In this document: piece by piece, positions 25,981-39,189 of the stretch | Layout of the letters: each line of letters starts with the position of its first letter | How positions within the stretch are numbered: the first letter of the stretch is position 1 | Notes under the pieces: model-generated | The model's database searches: none | Seen by the model: the letters and a program-made list of their open reading frames with translations, nothing else | Told to the model about the DNA's origin: nothing | Source of the DNA: Octopus vulgaris | Taxonomy: Eukaryota | Assembly (NCBI GenBank): GCA_951406725.2 | Contig: OX597817.1 | Span: 34,844,001 to 34,908,000 of the forward strand | Reading direction: 5' to 3' | DNA length: 64,000 nucleotides | Position numbers and translations under genes: made by a program

Positions 25981-26195
25981 TTATTTCTTTATTGCTCACA
26001 AGGGGCTAAACATAGAGGGGACAAACAAGGACAGACAAAGGGATTAAGTCAATTACATAGACCCCAGTGCGTAACTGGTACTTAATTTATCAACCCTGAA
26101 AGGATGAAAGGCGAAGTCGAGCTCGGCGGAATTTGAACTCAGAACGTGACGGCAGAAGAAAAACCCGACGTGCCAACGTTTCTGCCAGTTCGCCT
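25981..26195 (-). mobile_element. SINE family D
   Basis: Family match. Confidence 0.85.
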
Positions 26196-26431
26196 GTACA
26201 AATTATTTGTTTCTAGTGATCGAACGTTTTGTGTTCAACATTAGCTCGTGCCCTCCATCAAATCGGCGTTGCCTGAACAGGTGCATGATGTAACCATACA
26301 TCAGGTGTCGAAGCGATCACAGAGCCATGTGACATGAAGTAATTTGCTCAAGAATACAACACCGCTCGGTTCAGGAATTGAAACCACTATCTCAGAACCG
26401 TGAATGTCACAGCCTAATCACAGAGCCCTGT

Positions 26432-26510
<79 letters not shown>

Positions 26511-26586
26511 CACACACACACACACATATATATATACACACATATACATACATAGACCATACACGTATATACACTTATATATATAC

Positions 26587-26644
<58 letters not shown>

Positions 26645-26661
26645 GTTTATATATACACACT

Positions 26662-26692
<31 letters not shown>

Positions 26693-26837
26693 ATTATATA
26701 TATATTGGCCTGCTCGCTTAGCCAGCGGGGTGGCGTCATTCGAAGGCTAAAACAATGCGAACGCATTGTGACCAGCGATGTGTAACTACATCTGATGGCT
26801 TTGCCAGTCACGTGATCACGTGATATTATTATATATC

Positions 26838-26899
<62 letters not shown>

Positions 26900-26902
<3 letters not shown>

Positions 26903-27168
26903 AACAAGGACGCAGAAGTCAGAACGAAATTTCTCACAAAGCTGGAAATGAACCAGGATATAACTCTCCAGAAACTGTCAGAAGAATGCACTATGATATT
27001 AAAAGTAAGGCGCGACAGAGAAGAAATCCAACGCAGAGATTGTTTACAGATAAAATTAGTGTGGAAAAGTCGCAGACGGATAAAGTGTTTCACAAAAAAC
27101 ATGATATATATCAGGAGATAAACGCATGTATGGCATGTGGTGGTAAGCACCTGAGGAAAGAGTTCTAG
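26900..27168 (+). mobile_element. Isolated Gypsy (Mag-like) gag C-terminal fragment
   Basis: KDAEVRTKFLTKLEMNQDITLQKLSEEC, and knuckle remnant ACMACGGKHLRKE in a shifted frame. Confidence 0.7.
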
Positions 27169-27361
27169 TTACCGTCAAGGTAGACGTTTCAAAGTCATTG
27201 TCTGGCGAAGCTATCAGTGATAGCACTATAGATGAGTCAAAGATATTAAGACGCGGAATACCGCCACAACATAATAGTGGCGACAAGAATATTATAGTGC
27301 CGACGACAACATATAAGTAGACGAGGATCCACATTATAACTACTATATGTGTGTGTGTGTG

Positions 27362-27395
<34 letters not shown>

Positions 27396-27442
27396 TGTAT
27401 GTATGTATGTATGTATGTATGTATGTATGTATGTATGTATGT

Positions 27443-27730
27443 ATTGGGAGTGAAGGACTCCTAGCCTTTGTTAGGGCATCCTTCTAGGAGAAGGTAACTC
27501 AGGAAACTGGGATAACTCCGACATAAAACCTGCGGTTCAGTGGTTACCGATGATGTTCACTTGTTCTTCTTTTCGGATTATGGCTGCTGTTGCTTAGTGA
27601 GTGGGATTGACTCAGTGCACAGCCTTTCCTCACTTTAAAAAAAATCTTCTTGCACAGGCATTGCACGATAACAACATTGATTAAGCTTCGTGCAATGGCC
27701 ATATTCGATAACGAGGGGGCAGCCACCATG
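27443..27730 (+). mobile_element. 5' leader fragment of the same RTE family, next to (TATG)n
   Basis: Aligns by eye with 23970-24133 and then continues differently. Confidence 0.75.
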
Positions 27731-27934
27731 TATCTATGTATATGTATATATCGGTGAGTTGGGTACAGAAATTCAGGGTGAGTACTTGATAATTGTAAGC
27801 ACCTGTATATACCGTTTGGTGGTGTAGGTGGTGGAGTAAATTAATCAAAATAAAAACATGATGCCAAGGATTCAGCGGTACATATGTATCGGGCCTTTAT
27901 TAGACGGATTTATAACACGGATTTATATCACTAG

Positions 27935-28520
27935 ACCGTGATTTCAATTCCTAGACCGGGTGGTGCGTTGTGTTCTTGGGCATTTTACGTTGCTCTGCGA
28001 TCTCTGCGACACCTAACGCGTGGTACACTGTGCATCTGTTCAATTTGATGGAGAGAGTGAGCTAATGTACGGTACGAACATTTGATCACTATAAAAAAAT
28101 AATTTGTGCTGGTCGTTTGCAAAAAGCTGAACGCTCATACGACGTCTTCGACTGAGAACTCGTACAACAACTCTACTGCTCCTCACCTCCTACGACTGAA
28201 TGTCTGACTTTATAGTGACTGAGTCATACCACTTGGGAAAGGGTATACCATTTTCACTACAACAATAAGGTATTGCACTCACGATCGCCAGATCGTAGGT
28301 TCGATTCCCAGACCGGGCTGTCGTTTTGTTCTTAAGCAAAGTACCTCATTTCATGTCATTCCAGTTCGCTCAGCTGTAAATGAGTAACTCAGTGACGGAA
28401 TAGCCTTCCGATCGGGGAGAACGTTGGCCTGTTCACCTAGCCATCGGAGTAGCATCTTTCGAAAGCTAAAACAATGCAAAGCGCAGTGTGACCAGCGATG
28501 TTATACCGTGATATAGCAAT
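27935..28520 (+). mobile_element. Two diverged family-E-type SINEs (~27935-28160 and ~28275-28520)
   Basis: attcc(c/t)agaccggg...tgttctt heads; related pieces at ~26220-26430 (-), ~26704-26825 and ~37020-37255. Confidence 0.7.
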
Positions 28521-28829
28521 AATAATTTATAACGATACCGAATGTTATTTGTTGCTGATAACTCATTATTACGTTTATACTCCGTGTTTATATATCCCGA
28601 AGAAAAACTTTATCCTATGACAGCAATGCAACCGAGGTCCATTGTTCTTATGTTCAGGCATGAGTTTCTTATAGATTTCAGTCTACGATCAAATAACCGG
28701 ATAATATAGAAAGTTTTCGTCAGAACAACGACTTGAACGTTTTTCTGTCTATGTATAAACATGTTTAATCTTGCAATGAATTAGGATATAAGGTAAAATT
28801 CTAAAACAAGAGGTTAGAACATCTTATTG

Positions 28830-29250
28830 ATTTTTAACTTTGACACAGAATGTGGGAAGTTAAGAAAAAAGCAAGAAATGCTATCATTTGCACAGGAACG
28901 AGCGATGTTAGAGATGACAGCAAGCAGGTGGTTAATGTTCAGAAGGAATAATGAGTGATGAGAAAGGAGGTGTGGAGAAAGAGAGTTGGGTGTGGTGTGG
29001 AGTTGGAAACGAAGTAAGCTGCAAAGTTGGGAGCTTTTTCTGTTGGTTGGCTGCTGAGTTATATGGGTTAAGGAGTGGGTATGTGGATTCAGCAAAATTG
29101 TTGCAGAGTATCTTGACAAGGGATCAAAGGTTCTGCTGCAATTTGGTTGGCAGGAGAGTTCGTAAGATGTACGATGCATAAATATTCTTTGCGTTTCTAA
29201 ATGATAATCATGATAGTGTTGCAATAACGGATAAAATATTGCCATAAGCG
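28830..29250 (-). mobile_element. Highly decayed CR1/L2-group LINE fragment (linker before RT)
   Basis: Frameshifted peptides SLVKILCNNFAESTYPLL and EKAPNFAAYFVSNST. Confidence 0.6.
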
Positions 29251-29338
29251 GTGGTGGATGGAGTACAACTACTTGTGGTGGTGGCGGTGGTGGTAGTAGT
29301 GGTGGTGATGGCGGTGGTAGTGTGAAGGTGTTTGTGGT

Positions 29339-30314
29339 GGCGGCGAGCTGGCAGAAACGTTAGCACGCCGGGCGAAATGCTTTGCGATATTTCGTCTGCC
29401 GCTACGTTCTGAGTTCAAATTCCGCTGAGGTCGACTTTGCCTTTCATCCTCTCGGGGTCGATAAACTAAGTACCAGTTACGCACTGGGGTCGATGTAATT
29501 GACTTAATCCGTTTGTCTATCCTTGTTTGTCCTCTCTGTGTTTAGCCCCTTGTGGGTAGTAAAGAAATAGGTATTTCGTCTGCCACTACGTTCTGAGTTC
29601 AAATTCCACCGAGGTCGACTTTGCCTTTCATCCTTTTGGGGTCGATTAAATTAAGTACCAGTTACGCACTGGGGTCGGTATAATCGACTTAATCCCTTTG
29701 TCTGTCTTTGTTTGTCCTCTCTGTGTTTAGCCCCTTGTGGGTAGTAAAGAAATAGGTATTTCGTCTGCCGCTACGTTCTGACTTCAAATTCCGCCGAGGT
29801 TGACTTTGCTTTTCATCCTTTTGGGGTCGATTAAATAAGTACCAGTAACGCACTGAGGTCGATATAATCGACTTAATCCGTTTGTCTGTCCTTGTTTGTC
29901 CTCTCTGTGTTTAGCCCCTTGTGAGTAGTAAAGAAATAGGTATTTCGTCTGCCACTACGTTCTGACTTCAAATTCCACCGAGGTCGACTTTGCCTTTCAT
30001 CCTTTTGGGGTCGATTAAATTAAGTACCAGTTACGCACTGGGGTCGGTATAATCGACTTAATCCGTTTGTCTGTCTTTGTTTGTTCTCTCTGTGTTTAGC
30101 CCCTTGTGGGTAGTAAAGAAATAGGTATTTCGTCTGCCACTACGTTCTGAGTTCAAATTCCACCGAGGTCGACTTTGCCTTTCATCCTTTTGGGGTCGAT
30201 TAAATTAAGTACCAGTTACGCACTGGGGTCGGTATAATCGACTTAATCCCTTTGTCTGTCTTTGTTTGTCCTCTCTGAGTTTAGCCCCTTGTGGGTAGTA
30301 AAGAAATAGGTATT
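29339..30314 (+). repeat. SINE family D head followed by a tandem array, five units, period 184-185 bp
   Basis: Units restart at GTATTTCGTC at 29571, 29756, 29940 and 30125; the array is embedded in GGT-rich repeats. Confidence 0.95.
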
Positions 30315-31039
30315 GGTGCTTGTGATGTTGCTTGTGATTCTGGCGGTGGTGGTAGTGGTAGTGATGGTGATTGTGATGGTGCTTGTGCTGCTGCTGCTGT
30401 TTGTGGTGGTGATAGTGGTGATGGTGGTGGTGGTGGTGGGTAACTTTCCAAAAGTTGTAAGTAGTTCCTCGTTGCAAGTAAATTTACCGCATTTTCTAAT
30501 CCACTGCCGTCTGCTAAAATGTAATATTAAATTATGATGGTTAAGCGTCTTGCAATTTTAAACACTGGAAGTTATGAAAACATTAAAAGGCAATATCGTT
30601 TTCTAAGACATGTCATCTATTTAAACGAAGTTTCCTAAGTTTATAAAGCAACGAGTAAAATATGAAATAGAGATAATGTAGAGTAGTAGCAATAGAATGT
30701 TATATATTACCATAAATTAGTTTGTTCTGAAGAAAGACATGGACAAACCAACAGAAGCAGTAATCAACAATTTTGCTTTAATTAAAGTTAGACTTTAAAC
30801 AAAATTATGTCATGTAGGGTTGAATAATTCCTTTGATCAATTTTCTAATGATGAATATAAGGGAAATGAAGGAAACCTTTGTATAAGAAAGATGTATCCG
30901 GTCGTTTAATTGAAAAAAGAAATCTTGTTAATATATTCTCTCTTTTGTAAATATCCTGTTTTGATTTTCTTTTTTTTTTTCCGCTTTTTTTTTTTTCTCT
31001 AGGCAAGTCATAGGAAGACTTCTACTGCTGCTCGTGACC

Positions 31040-31345
31040 TTTGCAGGTCGACCCAGACTGTTGAGATTGATGCGGTCGATGTTCAGTTTAAACATCTGAA
31101 AATGAGTGTTTCGTAAGGTTAAAAGACGAAGTCGAAAAGAGAATTTCAGCAGTTGACGGTCTGACAAGGAAGGAATGGGCATAGTTGTTATAATGGAGCC
31201 TGGGATGAGACACGATAGAGATGACGAGAGTAAAATGGGTTGGTATGGCGATAATCAACTTAACAGCTTTAGAGAAACTGTGGTCATAGTAGTAATGACA
31301 AAGAGAAAAGATATCGCGTCAGTGGGCCAGAAGTTCTGTATTGTT
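31040..31345 (-). mobile_element. Decayed CR1/L2-group LINE 3' end
   Basis: Minus-strand remnants ...NNYAHSFLVRPST...QMFKLNIDRINL resemble the C-terminal SFFPRT..LWNSLP..FK region. Confidence 0.5.
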
Positions 31346-31489
31346 TGTGACAATTAGTTTTATTTAATGAAAAAGATTGCTCTGTTTTCAAACATGTTCG
31401 ATGAACATTACTCTGGATGGGATTTTCAACAACCCCTTTTCTATATTGTATTCCCTTTTCTGAGTATGCTACTGACTGTCGGTTGAGAC

Positions 31490-31667
31490 TCAGGAGTGGC
31501 TGTGTGGCAAGTAGCTTGCTTACCAACCACATGGTCCCGGGTTCAGTCCCACTGCGTGGCACCTTGGGTAATTGTCTTCTGCTACAGCCTCGGGCCGACT
31601 AAAGCCTTGTGAGTGGATTTGGTAGACGGAAACTGGAAGAAGCCCGTCGTATATGTATATATATTTA

Positions 31668-31740
<73 letters not shown>

Positions 31741-31966
31741 ATATGTTTGTGTGTCTGTTTGTCCTCCCCCCCCCCAGCATCGTTTGACAACTGATACTGG
31801 TGTGTTTACGCCCCCGTAACTTAGCGGTTCGGCAAAAGAGATCGATAGAATAAGTACTAGGAATAAGTACCAAGAATAAGCTCTGGGGTTGATTTGCTCG
31901 ACTATAAAGGCGGTGCCCCAGCATGGCCGCAGTCAAATGACTGAAACAAGTAAAAGAGTAAAAGAG
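31490..31966 (+). mobile_element. SINE family C, full length
   Basis: Family match with aaaagagt tail. Confidence 0.9.
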
Positions 31967-32659
31967 CTTTGTTTCTCCAGTATTGTCAGCGTATAGTCCC
32001 TCCAGATATTTCATTTTATCAACTACACCATGCTATTTTTTTTGCCTTCCACCGATGACTGATTTCATCAGGTTCATCTCTACATACACTGTTGAGTCAT
32101 TTGCTGATGATGAAGCCGGTTCAATTTCTGCATGTGACCGTGAGGATTGAGGGTTATGGAATTCATGAAAATGTCCGAAATACTTTTCTTTTTCTTCTTT
32201 ATAATGGAGATGATATTGGATATGATGGATTGGATTGGCTTGCCTGTGTATTGTCCAATGCAGGACGAAGACCTCACCATGCTCTCTCCACCGACCACGG
32301 TCTGATGACGAGGCAGTTAATTTGAGCTCCAGATCATACTAGTTTGATGAACCTATTCTGATACTTTGACTCGACATGAGTTGGTAGAAGGGTGTAGTTT
32401 TTATACTCTTACCCTCGAGTAGTGAAATTGATAACACAAGTACCAGTTGAGCACCGGGATCTATGTGATCGACTGTAATTGGATGTGATACCAGACGTTA
32501 AATTTTACCTACAGCAGAGCTTATGCAGATTAAAATCACTAATTTTAAGTGGGTGTCCGCTTGTATGTATGTATGTATGTATCTATGTATGTATGCATGT
32601 ATGTATGTATGTATGTATGTATGTATGTATGTATGTATGTATGTATGTATGTATGTTTG

Positions 32660-34329
32660 TCATTATTCATTTTATTTCGAGATTTCTTGCCAATAGAGAA
32701 AGAACCGGTTTGTAACCTATATCCAAGGCTCCTTCATTGGAATTTCAACATCAACAACAGGGTACTTTTGCTTGTATGTATGTATATATGTATGTGCAGA
32801 TTTGTATGTTTTATGTTTGTATTCTCATGCATATAGTTGCATATCTAGACATGCCCATATACATTTAAATAATAAATCTCTGGAAAGTTTTACAGATTTT
32901 TACAGTTCCAGTGATGGTTTTGGATTTGTAGTCTTCGAATTAGCTTTCTCCTTTCTGGTTTTGAGAAACTAATTTCTCAAGATTGTTAATTAGGCAGTGT
33001 GTTACATATCCCAGGGCCCCAATAATTACATGTATAAACCTGAACTTGTAATCTGAATAGAGTAACTGCAGATTTCTCAATAGTTCAGCGTAGATATTCT
33101 CTTTTTCACTGATCTTCAGCTTTATGTTAACATCCGCTGGGCAGTTAATTTCCACAACCGTACACAGTTTCTTTTCTCTATCCCAAATCATTGAGACATT
33201 CCACTAGTACATATTGAGGGTACTTGTTTCTTTGACCTCGGGTTATTCTTCCGACAGATTTCATTATAGTGCCCTAGCTACATCATGTCTCATCGGTAGA
33301 TAATACCGTGATGACATTTTCTGACAACTACGCCAAGTCTGCATCGGTTGTCATTTTTTCTGGTTTTCCTGCATCTCTATCCTTTTTGTGTATCAGGTAC
33401 TTGGTTGATATTTCATGTTCCTAGATTGCAAACGCATACCCTTCAAAGTGGGAGGTAGTAACCCAGCTATTGGTCCATGATAGACTGATTTGATGATCAA
33501 TGTCACTATTATCTCGGAGATTTCTACTAACATATCCATGCTTATACAGGGTCCTCCATTCATCTGATGATTCGTTGCGGTAGAGTCGTGCGATTTCTTT
33601 GGACATAAATTCTAGGTTACCAGACAAGAAATGTTGCTCAAGGAACTCCCTTCCAAGTCTTATGATGTTATCAGTCTCGTGTATGCAAACTTGGTCAAGG
33701 GATGTACTTCGACACTTGGTGGTTAAAGGCTGTTGCCGAAGGGATGTGATACGACATTCGAAGGCATTCCGGATCGGTGTTAAGCCTCTGCCTCCTTGTT
33801 TTCGTTTTATGTAAAGGCCGTCTACCTCACCATTTATATGGAAATTATGTATGCTTGTTAATATTTTTCGGGTTTTCACATCAATGGCACGGATCTCATC
33901 AAGTGTCCAATAAGCAGCTCAGTGGGCCACTGTTTTATTGAATGCAGAGAGTTCTGAGGTCCAAATTATTTTCTTTATTCGACGGTAATATTCTTTAGTG
34001 ACACGTGTTTTATTACTGGTACCATTGTAAGATATGTTTTCATGCACCCCTAGATATCTGTAACATTCCTCGTCAAATATAGGGGAAACAGTCAAATCAT
34101 TGGAGATGATGCTAGTCTAGTTTATAGTTTTCCCCCTTTTCACAACCATATAACAACATTTATCCTGAGCAAACTCCAACCCTACATCCTTTGAGATTAT
34201 TGTAACTAGGCCAAGGTTCTTTTTCATCTTATGCATTTTCTTTACATAAAGTTTCAAGTCATCTTCAAAGAAACAGCGTACCATTTTCTTATTTCTGTTT
34301 CCTTGTGAACCCGCGAGATATCCCTTGTA

Positions 34330-34330
<1 letters not shown>
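32660..34330 (-). mobile_element. 5'-truncated R4/Dong-clade LINE flanked by (TACA)n
   Basis: RT FFEDDLKLY, LYIKRKQGGRGL, TSHFEGYAFAI, IWDREKKLCTVVEINCPAD, VIIGALG. Confidence 0.9.
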
Positions 34331-34393
<63 letters not shown>

Positions 34394-34858
34394 TGTATGT
34401 ATGTATGTATACCTACGATTATGTATGCTTGTGCTAACGGTTCATTGTTTCAGATATTTTCATACGAGCTTGGAATTTTCATATTTTCATTGCTTGGAAT
34501 AATAATAATTGCCTCTCCCTCTCTATGTTGACACAGGCGTTTCTGGAACCTTTCAGTGTTATTTTCATATTATATATTGAAGTGGTAGGGTTGGTTGGAG
34601 TCAGTTTTTAAATTCATAGCAAACAATCGTGTGACAGATTTTCTTTTCACTTTTTCAATTTCGCATTTCTGTTTGATAATTGATAATTTGCGGTCCATCA
34701 TTAGATTTTATTATCATATAAATACTTTTTCTCTTTTCCGATATTTTAAAAGGGAGAAATCACTAAGAGCTTGTATATGAAGTTTTCTTGTACTTGGTAG
34801 TTTAAGTATGCTTCATTATGGTTGCAGAAATTCAAATACATTGAAAAAAATGATAGTA

Positions 34859-35090
34859 CAGTAACCCCTCGCCATATCACGGTTCACCTATCACGGTTCG
34901 CCTATCGCGGTTTATCATTTAAGCTTACGGCGATTACTCCGTGATGTTGTGTTGCATTTATAATAAGATTAATATATACAAATTATGAAAAAAGAATTTT
35001 TAAATATACAGTCCTGTTTCTACTTCGCGGATTTTCACCTATTGCAGGGAGTTTTGGAAGGTAACACCAGCGATAGTCGAGGTGCTACTG
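34859..35090. mobile_element. Tigger/pogo-type (Tc1/mariner) MITE
   Basis: TA|CAGTAACCCCTCG...CGAGGTGCTACTG|TA: imperfect TIRs and TA TSD. Confidence 0.85.
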
Positions 35091-35281
35091 TATAGCATTT
35101 CAGCAATTTCTGCAGCTCGAGGGAATTCCCTTAATTTCAAAATCCGTTGGATCAATGATTCTCATTTTTTTTTTTTTTTTTGCCTATGGAACCCTTTGAT
35201 CCCTATTTTCTTCTTCTGGACCTCCATAGTTGTTCCATGTATACAAAAAAACCCTTCTGTATTTATATAATTAAATATTAT

Positions 35282-35672
35282 TCTCTTTTACTCTTTTACT
35301 TGTTTCAGTTCTTTGACTCCGGCTATGCTGGAGCACCACCTTTAGTCGAGCAAACCGACCCCGGGACTTATTCTTTGTAAGCCGAGTACTTATTCTATCG
35401 GTCTCTTTTGCCGAACCGCTAAGTTATGGGAATGTAAACACACAAGCATCGGTTGTAAAGCAATGCTATGGGGACAAACACAGACACACAAACATACACA
35501 CACATATATATTTATATACATATATACGACGGGCTTCTTTCAGTTTCCGGCTACAAAATCCGCTCACAAGGCTTTGGTCTGCCCGAGGCTATACTAGAAG
35601 ACACTTGTCCAAGATGCCACGCAGTGGGAATGAACCCGGAACCATGTGGTTTGTAAGCAAGCTACTTATCAC
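35282..35672 (-). mobile_element. SINE family C
   Basis: Family match. Confidence 0.9.
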
Positions 35673-36072
35673 GCAATTCTATTTTTAAAAAATGCGATAT
35701 TTTGTTTATTGAAGTATAAGCAATTTATTGTACGTATATTTTAGCAACAAAATCTTATATGAACTCCCAAGGGCCTCAAGGACCCTTGAGAACCACCACT
35801 TTAGATGGATTGCAGACGACGACGATAGATGGCAGATTAATTCTTGTTTTACAAGAAACCCTGTAACATTCAACAATCTGAATAGATTTCTCCAGTTCCT
35901 TCATACATTTCCATATTCCCCTTTTAAAAGTTTTCAAATCGGTGTTCAGCCGGCCATGACGTGTGATTAGTGTATCTGAGAATCTTTGTACTGTTTCGAT
36001 TCCCCAATAAACCTAACTTCCAATAACTTTCTGCTGCAAGTTTTAGTCAGCTTCAGAACAGACAAGCTCACA

Positions 36073-36491
36073 TTCTCTTTTACTCTTTTACTTGTTTCAG
36101 TCATTTGACTGCGGCAATGCTGGAGCACCGCCTTTAGTCGAGCAAGTCGACCCCAGGACTTATACTTTGTAAACCTAGTACTTATTCTATCGGTCTCTTT
36201 TGCCGAACCGCTATGTTACAAGGATGTAAACACACCAGCATCGGTTGTCAAACGATATTGGTGGGGGGGGACAAACACAGACACACGCAAACACCCACAC
36301 ACACATACATATGTATATACATATATACGACGGGCTTCTTTCAGTTTCCGTCTACCAAATCCACTCACAAGGCTTTGGTCGGCCCGAAGCTATAGTAGAA
36401 GACACTTGCCCAAGGTGCTACGCAATGGGACTGAACCCGGAACCATGTGGTTGGTAAGCAAGCTACTTACCACACGACCACATTACGCCTA
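36073..36491 (-). mobile_element. SINE family C
   Basis: Family match. Confidence 0.9.
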
Positions 36492-37853
36492 TACTGTTAA
36501 TATTACTTGTGTTTATTACAGAAAAAAAGCCTATTTAGCGCCATTGCATGTAGGACAGGGACTTCGCTCCATGGGTAACGTCACAGGAGGCTATACTGTT
36601 CCAGTGAATACAATAAGTGTGCCATATTCCCAAAACGTGCAATGATCATACTCATTTTACGCAGTAATTAAATGACACTATCTAAAACTATGTAAAGTTT
36701 AGTTTACTTCTCTTGTTTTTCTGCTTAAATAACAATTACAAATCTATTTATTTCACATTTACGCATAAAATGAAAGGATAACAAATGCATATGTCATGTC
36801 ACGATTGGTCTTTGTTCTACAGTTGGTGCTATCTATTGGTTAGTTTTTCTCATCAGAATAGAACGTTGACGTCATTACTAACATCATGTTACATAATGTA
36901 ATACACACGGACATTTAGAAGTGGACAAACATTTAAAATTAGGAAGTAGAAGGGATTTTTAATCTGCATATGCTCTACTGAAGGTAAAATTTAATGTCAG
37001 ATAGCAAGGATGTTTCAGTCATGGTCACCAGATCGTGAGTTCGATTCCTGGACCGGGACGTGTGTTGTGTTCTTGAGCAAAACACTTCATTTCACGTTGT
37101 TGCAGTCCACCTGTAACGGAATAACCTTCCGATCAGGGGAAATGTTGGCCTGCTCGGCTAGCCACGGGGTGGCATCATTCCAAAGCTAAAACGCTGCAAG
37201 GCGCATCATGACCAGCGATGTAAAGCAACATCCGTCAGTTTGATTGATACCATGATTTAACAATAATAATTTATAACGATGCTGAATGCAATTTGGTGTT
37301 GATAACCCGATGTTACGTTTATCCCTCTTCTTTCTTACTCAAAGAAGAACTTTATCCTATACTAACAACACCTAATAGTTTGGTCGATCATGTGATGTAT
37401 AATTAATAGTATTTTGGAAAATATATAAAAAAGGATTCTTTACATGGCTGTTTTCAGAATTTATAGTCCTCTCTTCCCCACCTCTTTAATATAATAAATG
37501 CGAAAACTAATTTTTGTGTGTCAGCGTGTCGCACTTAGACCCCCACCCCCTCTCTCACTATTCAATGACTCTTCTACTATTCCTCATGATGGGGTGAAAG
37601 TAATAGTAGGCATAGAGACGATTAGGAAAGAAAGAAAGAAAAAAGAGGTGGAGAGAAAGAGAGACAAAGAAATTTAGGGAGTGTTGTTATTTTATTAAAA
37701 GTAGTAGTGTTGATGGTAGCAGTGGGAGTAATAATGAGAGAGAAAGAGTGAGATGATGTACAACTTTGATTAACCATGTCTCTTTGACAGAAATTCCTGT
37801 GGCCAGCATACTAAACCAACACACTGAACACTATCATTTTTGCTTTCATTAAA

Positions 37854-37900
<47 letters not shown>

Positions 37901-37921
37901 CAAATATATACATATTTATAT

Positions 37922-37963
<42 letters not shown>

Positions 37964-37984
37964 CATACACACACACAAATATAA

Positions 37985-38044
<60 letters not shown>

Positions 38045-38495
38045 CACTTTCATTGAAATCAAATATCCTCAAAATTAAACATATAATAAGTGTCAGTGTG
38101 TCACTTTTTCAACTTTAATAAACGCTTTCTACTGTAAGCACAAGGCCGCACAAGGCTAGTATGTATATATATATAATCAAAATAAGCAATATTTTGGTTT
38201 TGATTTTAATCTCCTTACTTTGAAATCGTATGGATAATACTGTACTAAATTCTGGTGCCTCAACTTAAGTACCATATTCATTTGAATCTATATATATATA
38301 TATATATATATATAGATAGATTATATATTATTAGCCTATTGACTAATTTTTCTATATGCTAGGCCACTGGTAGTAAAAATTTCTAAAACCTTTATTACCC
38401 TGATATTATTAATTATATATATATAAAATTACTTGAACGACAATTCTGAAAATGGTCAAATATATATATGCGTGCGTGCGTGTGTTTGTGTATTT

Positions 38496-38567
<72 letters not shown>

Positions 38568-39189
38568 ACTGGGGAACGGGAGCTGAAGTGAGGGAAATAG
38601 ATCTTGAGAAATTCAAGAGAGAGGGGCAGTATTATATTTCAATAAAATCTTTTATATTCAAACCAGAGCTAGGTTAACCAAATTATAACCACAGGAAGTC
38701 CATTGGGGATTGTATGTATATAGCATTAAGGAGTGACAAGTAAAATCTTTTTTTCTAAGTACCCTCTCTTACTTTCTCTTTCGCCCTCCCCTTGTGTATT
38801 TATCCATCTTACTGCGTCTGTCTCTATATCAGCAGTAGTAATGCTAACGTCACCTTGTGTCTCTGGTGCGTCTGACATTAAAACAACCCCCCAACTGCAA
38901 AAACTCATAAAGATATAAGCGTCACTCGTTGAAAATTCATGTGCACTTTTAATGCTAGTATTCAATATGAATGTTATGTTATGCATAATAGGAAAAATCT
39001 TAGCACCATGCTTTTAGTGTCCATTCTCAGATATAGCTATTTATGCCTACTTTTTGTCGCTTTTTGTCGTTAATATGTTCATACCTCTCCTATCCTATAA
39101 ATATTCCTTTCTATTATCGGCACAAATCATGGGGGAAAGGTGGGTCGATTACATCGATCCCAGTGCTGAACTGGTACTTATTTTATCGA

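Noticed and set aside
28848-29181. Plus-strand exon or ORF
   Set aside because: No frame stays open from the acceptor, and the minus strand matches a CR1-group LINE.
29339-30314. CRISPR-like regular array
   Set aside because: Whole 184-185 bp units repeat with no unique spacers, in a eukaryotic SINE context.
31003-31112. Plus-strand exon after a poly-T acceptor
   Set aside because: Better explained as the antisense of a LINE 3' end with an A-rich tail.
31967-32330. Coding-like segment (MKYLEGLYADN)
   Set aside because: Probably a decayed LINE remnant; the family cannot be assigned by eye.
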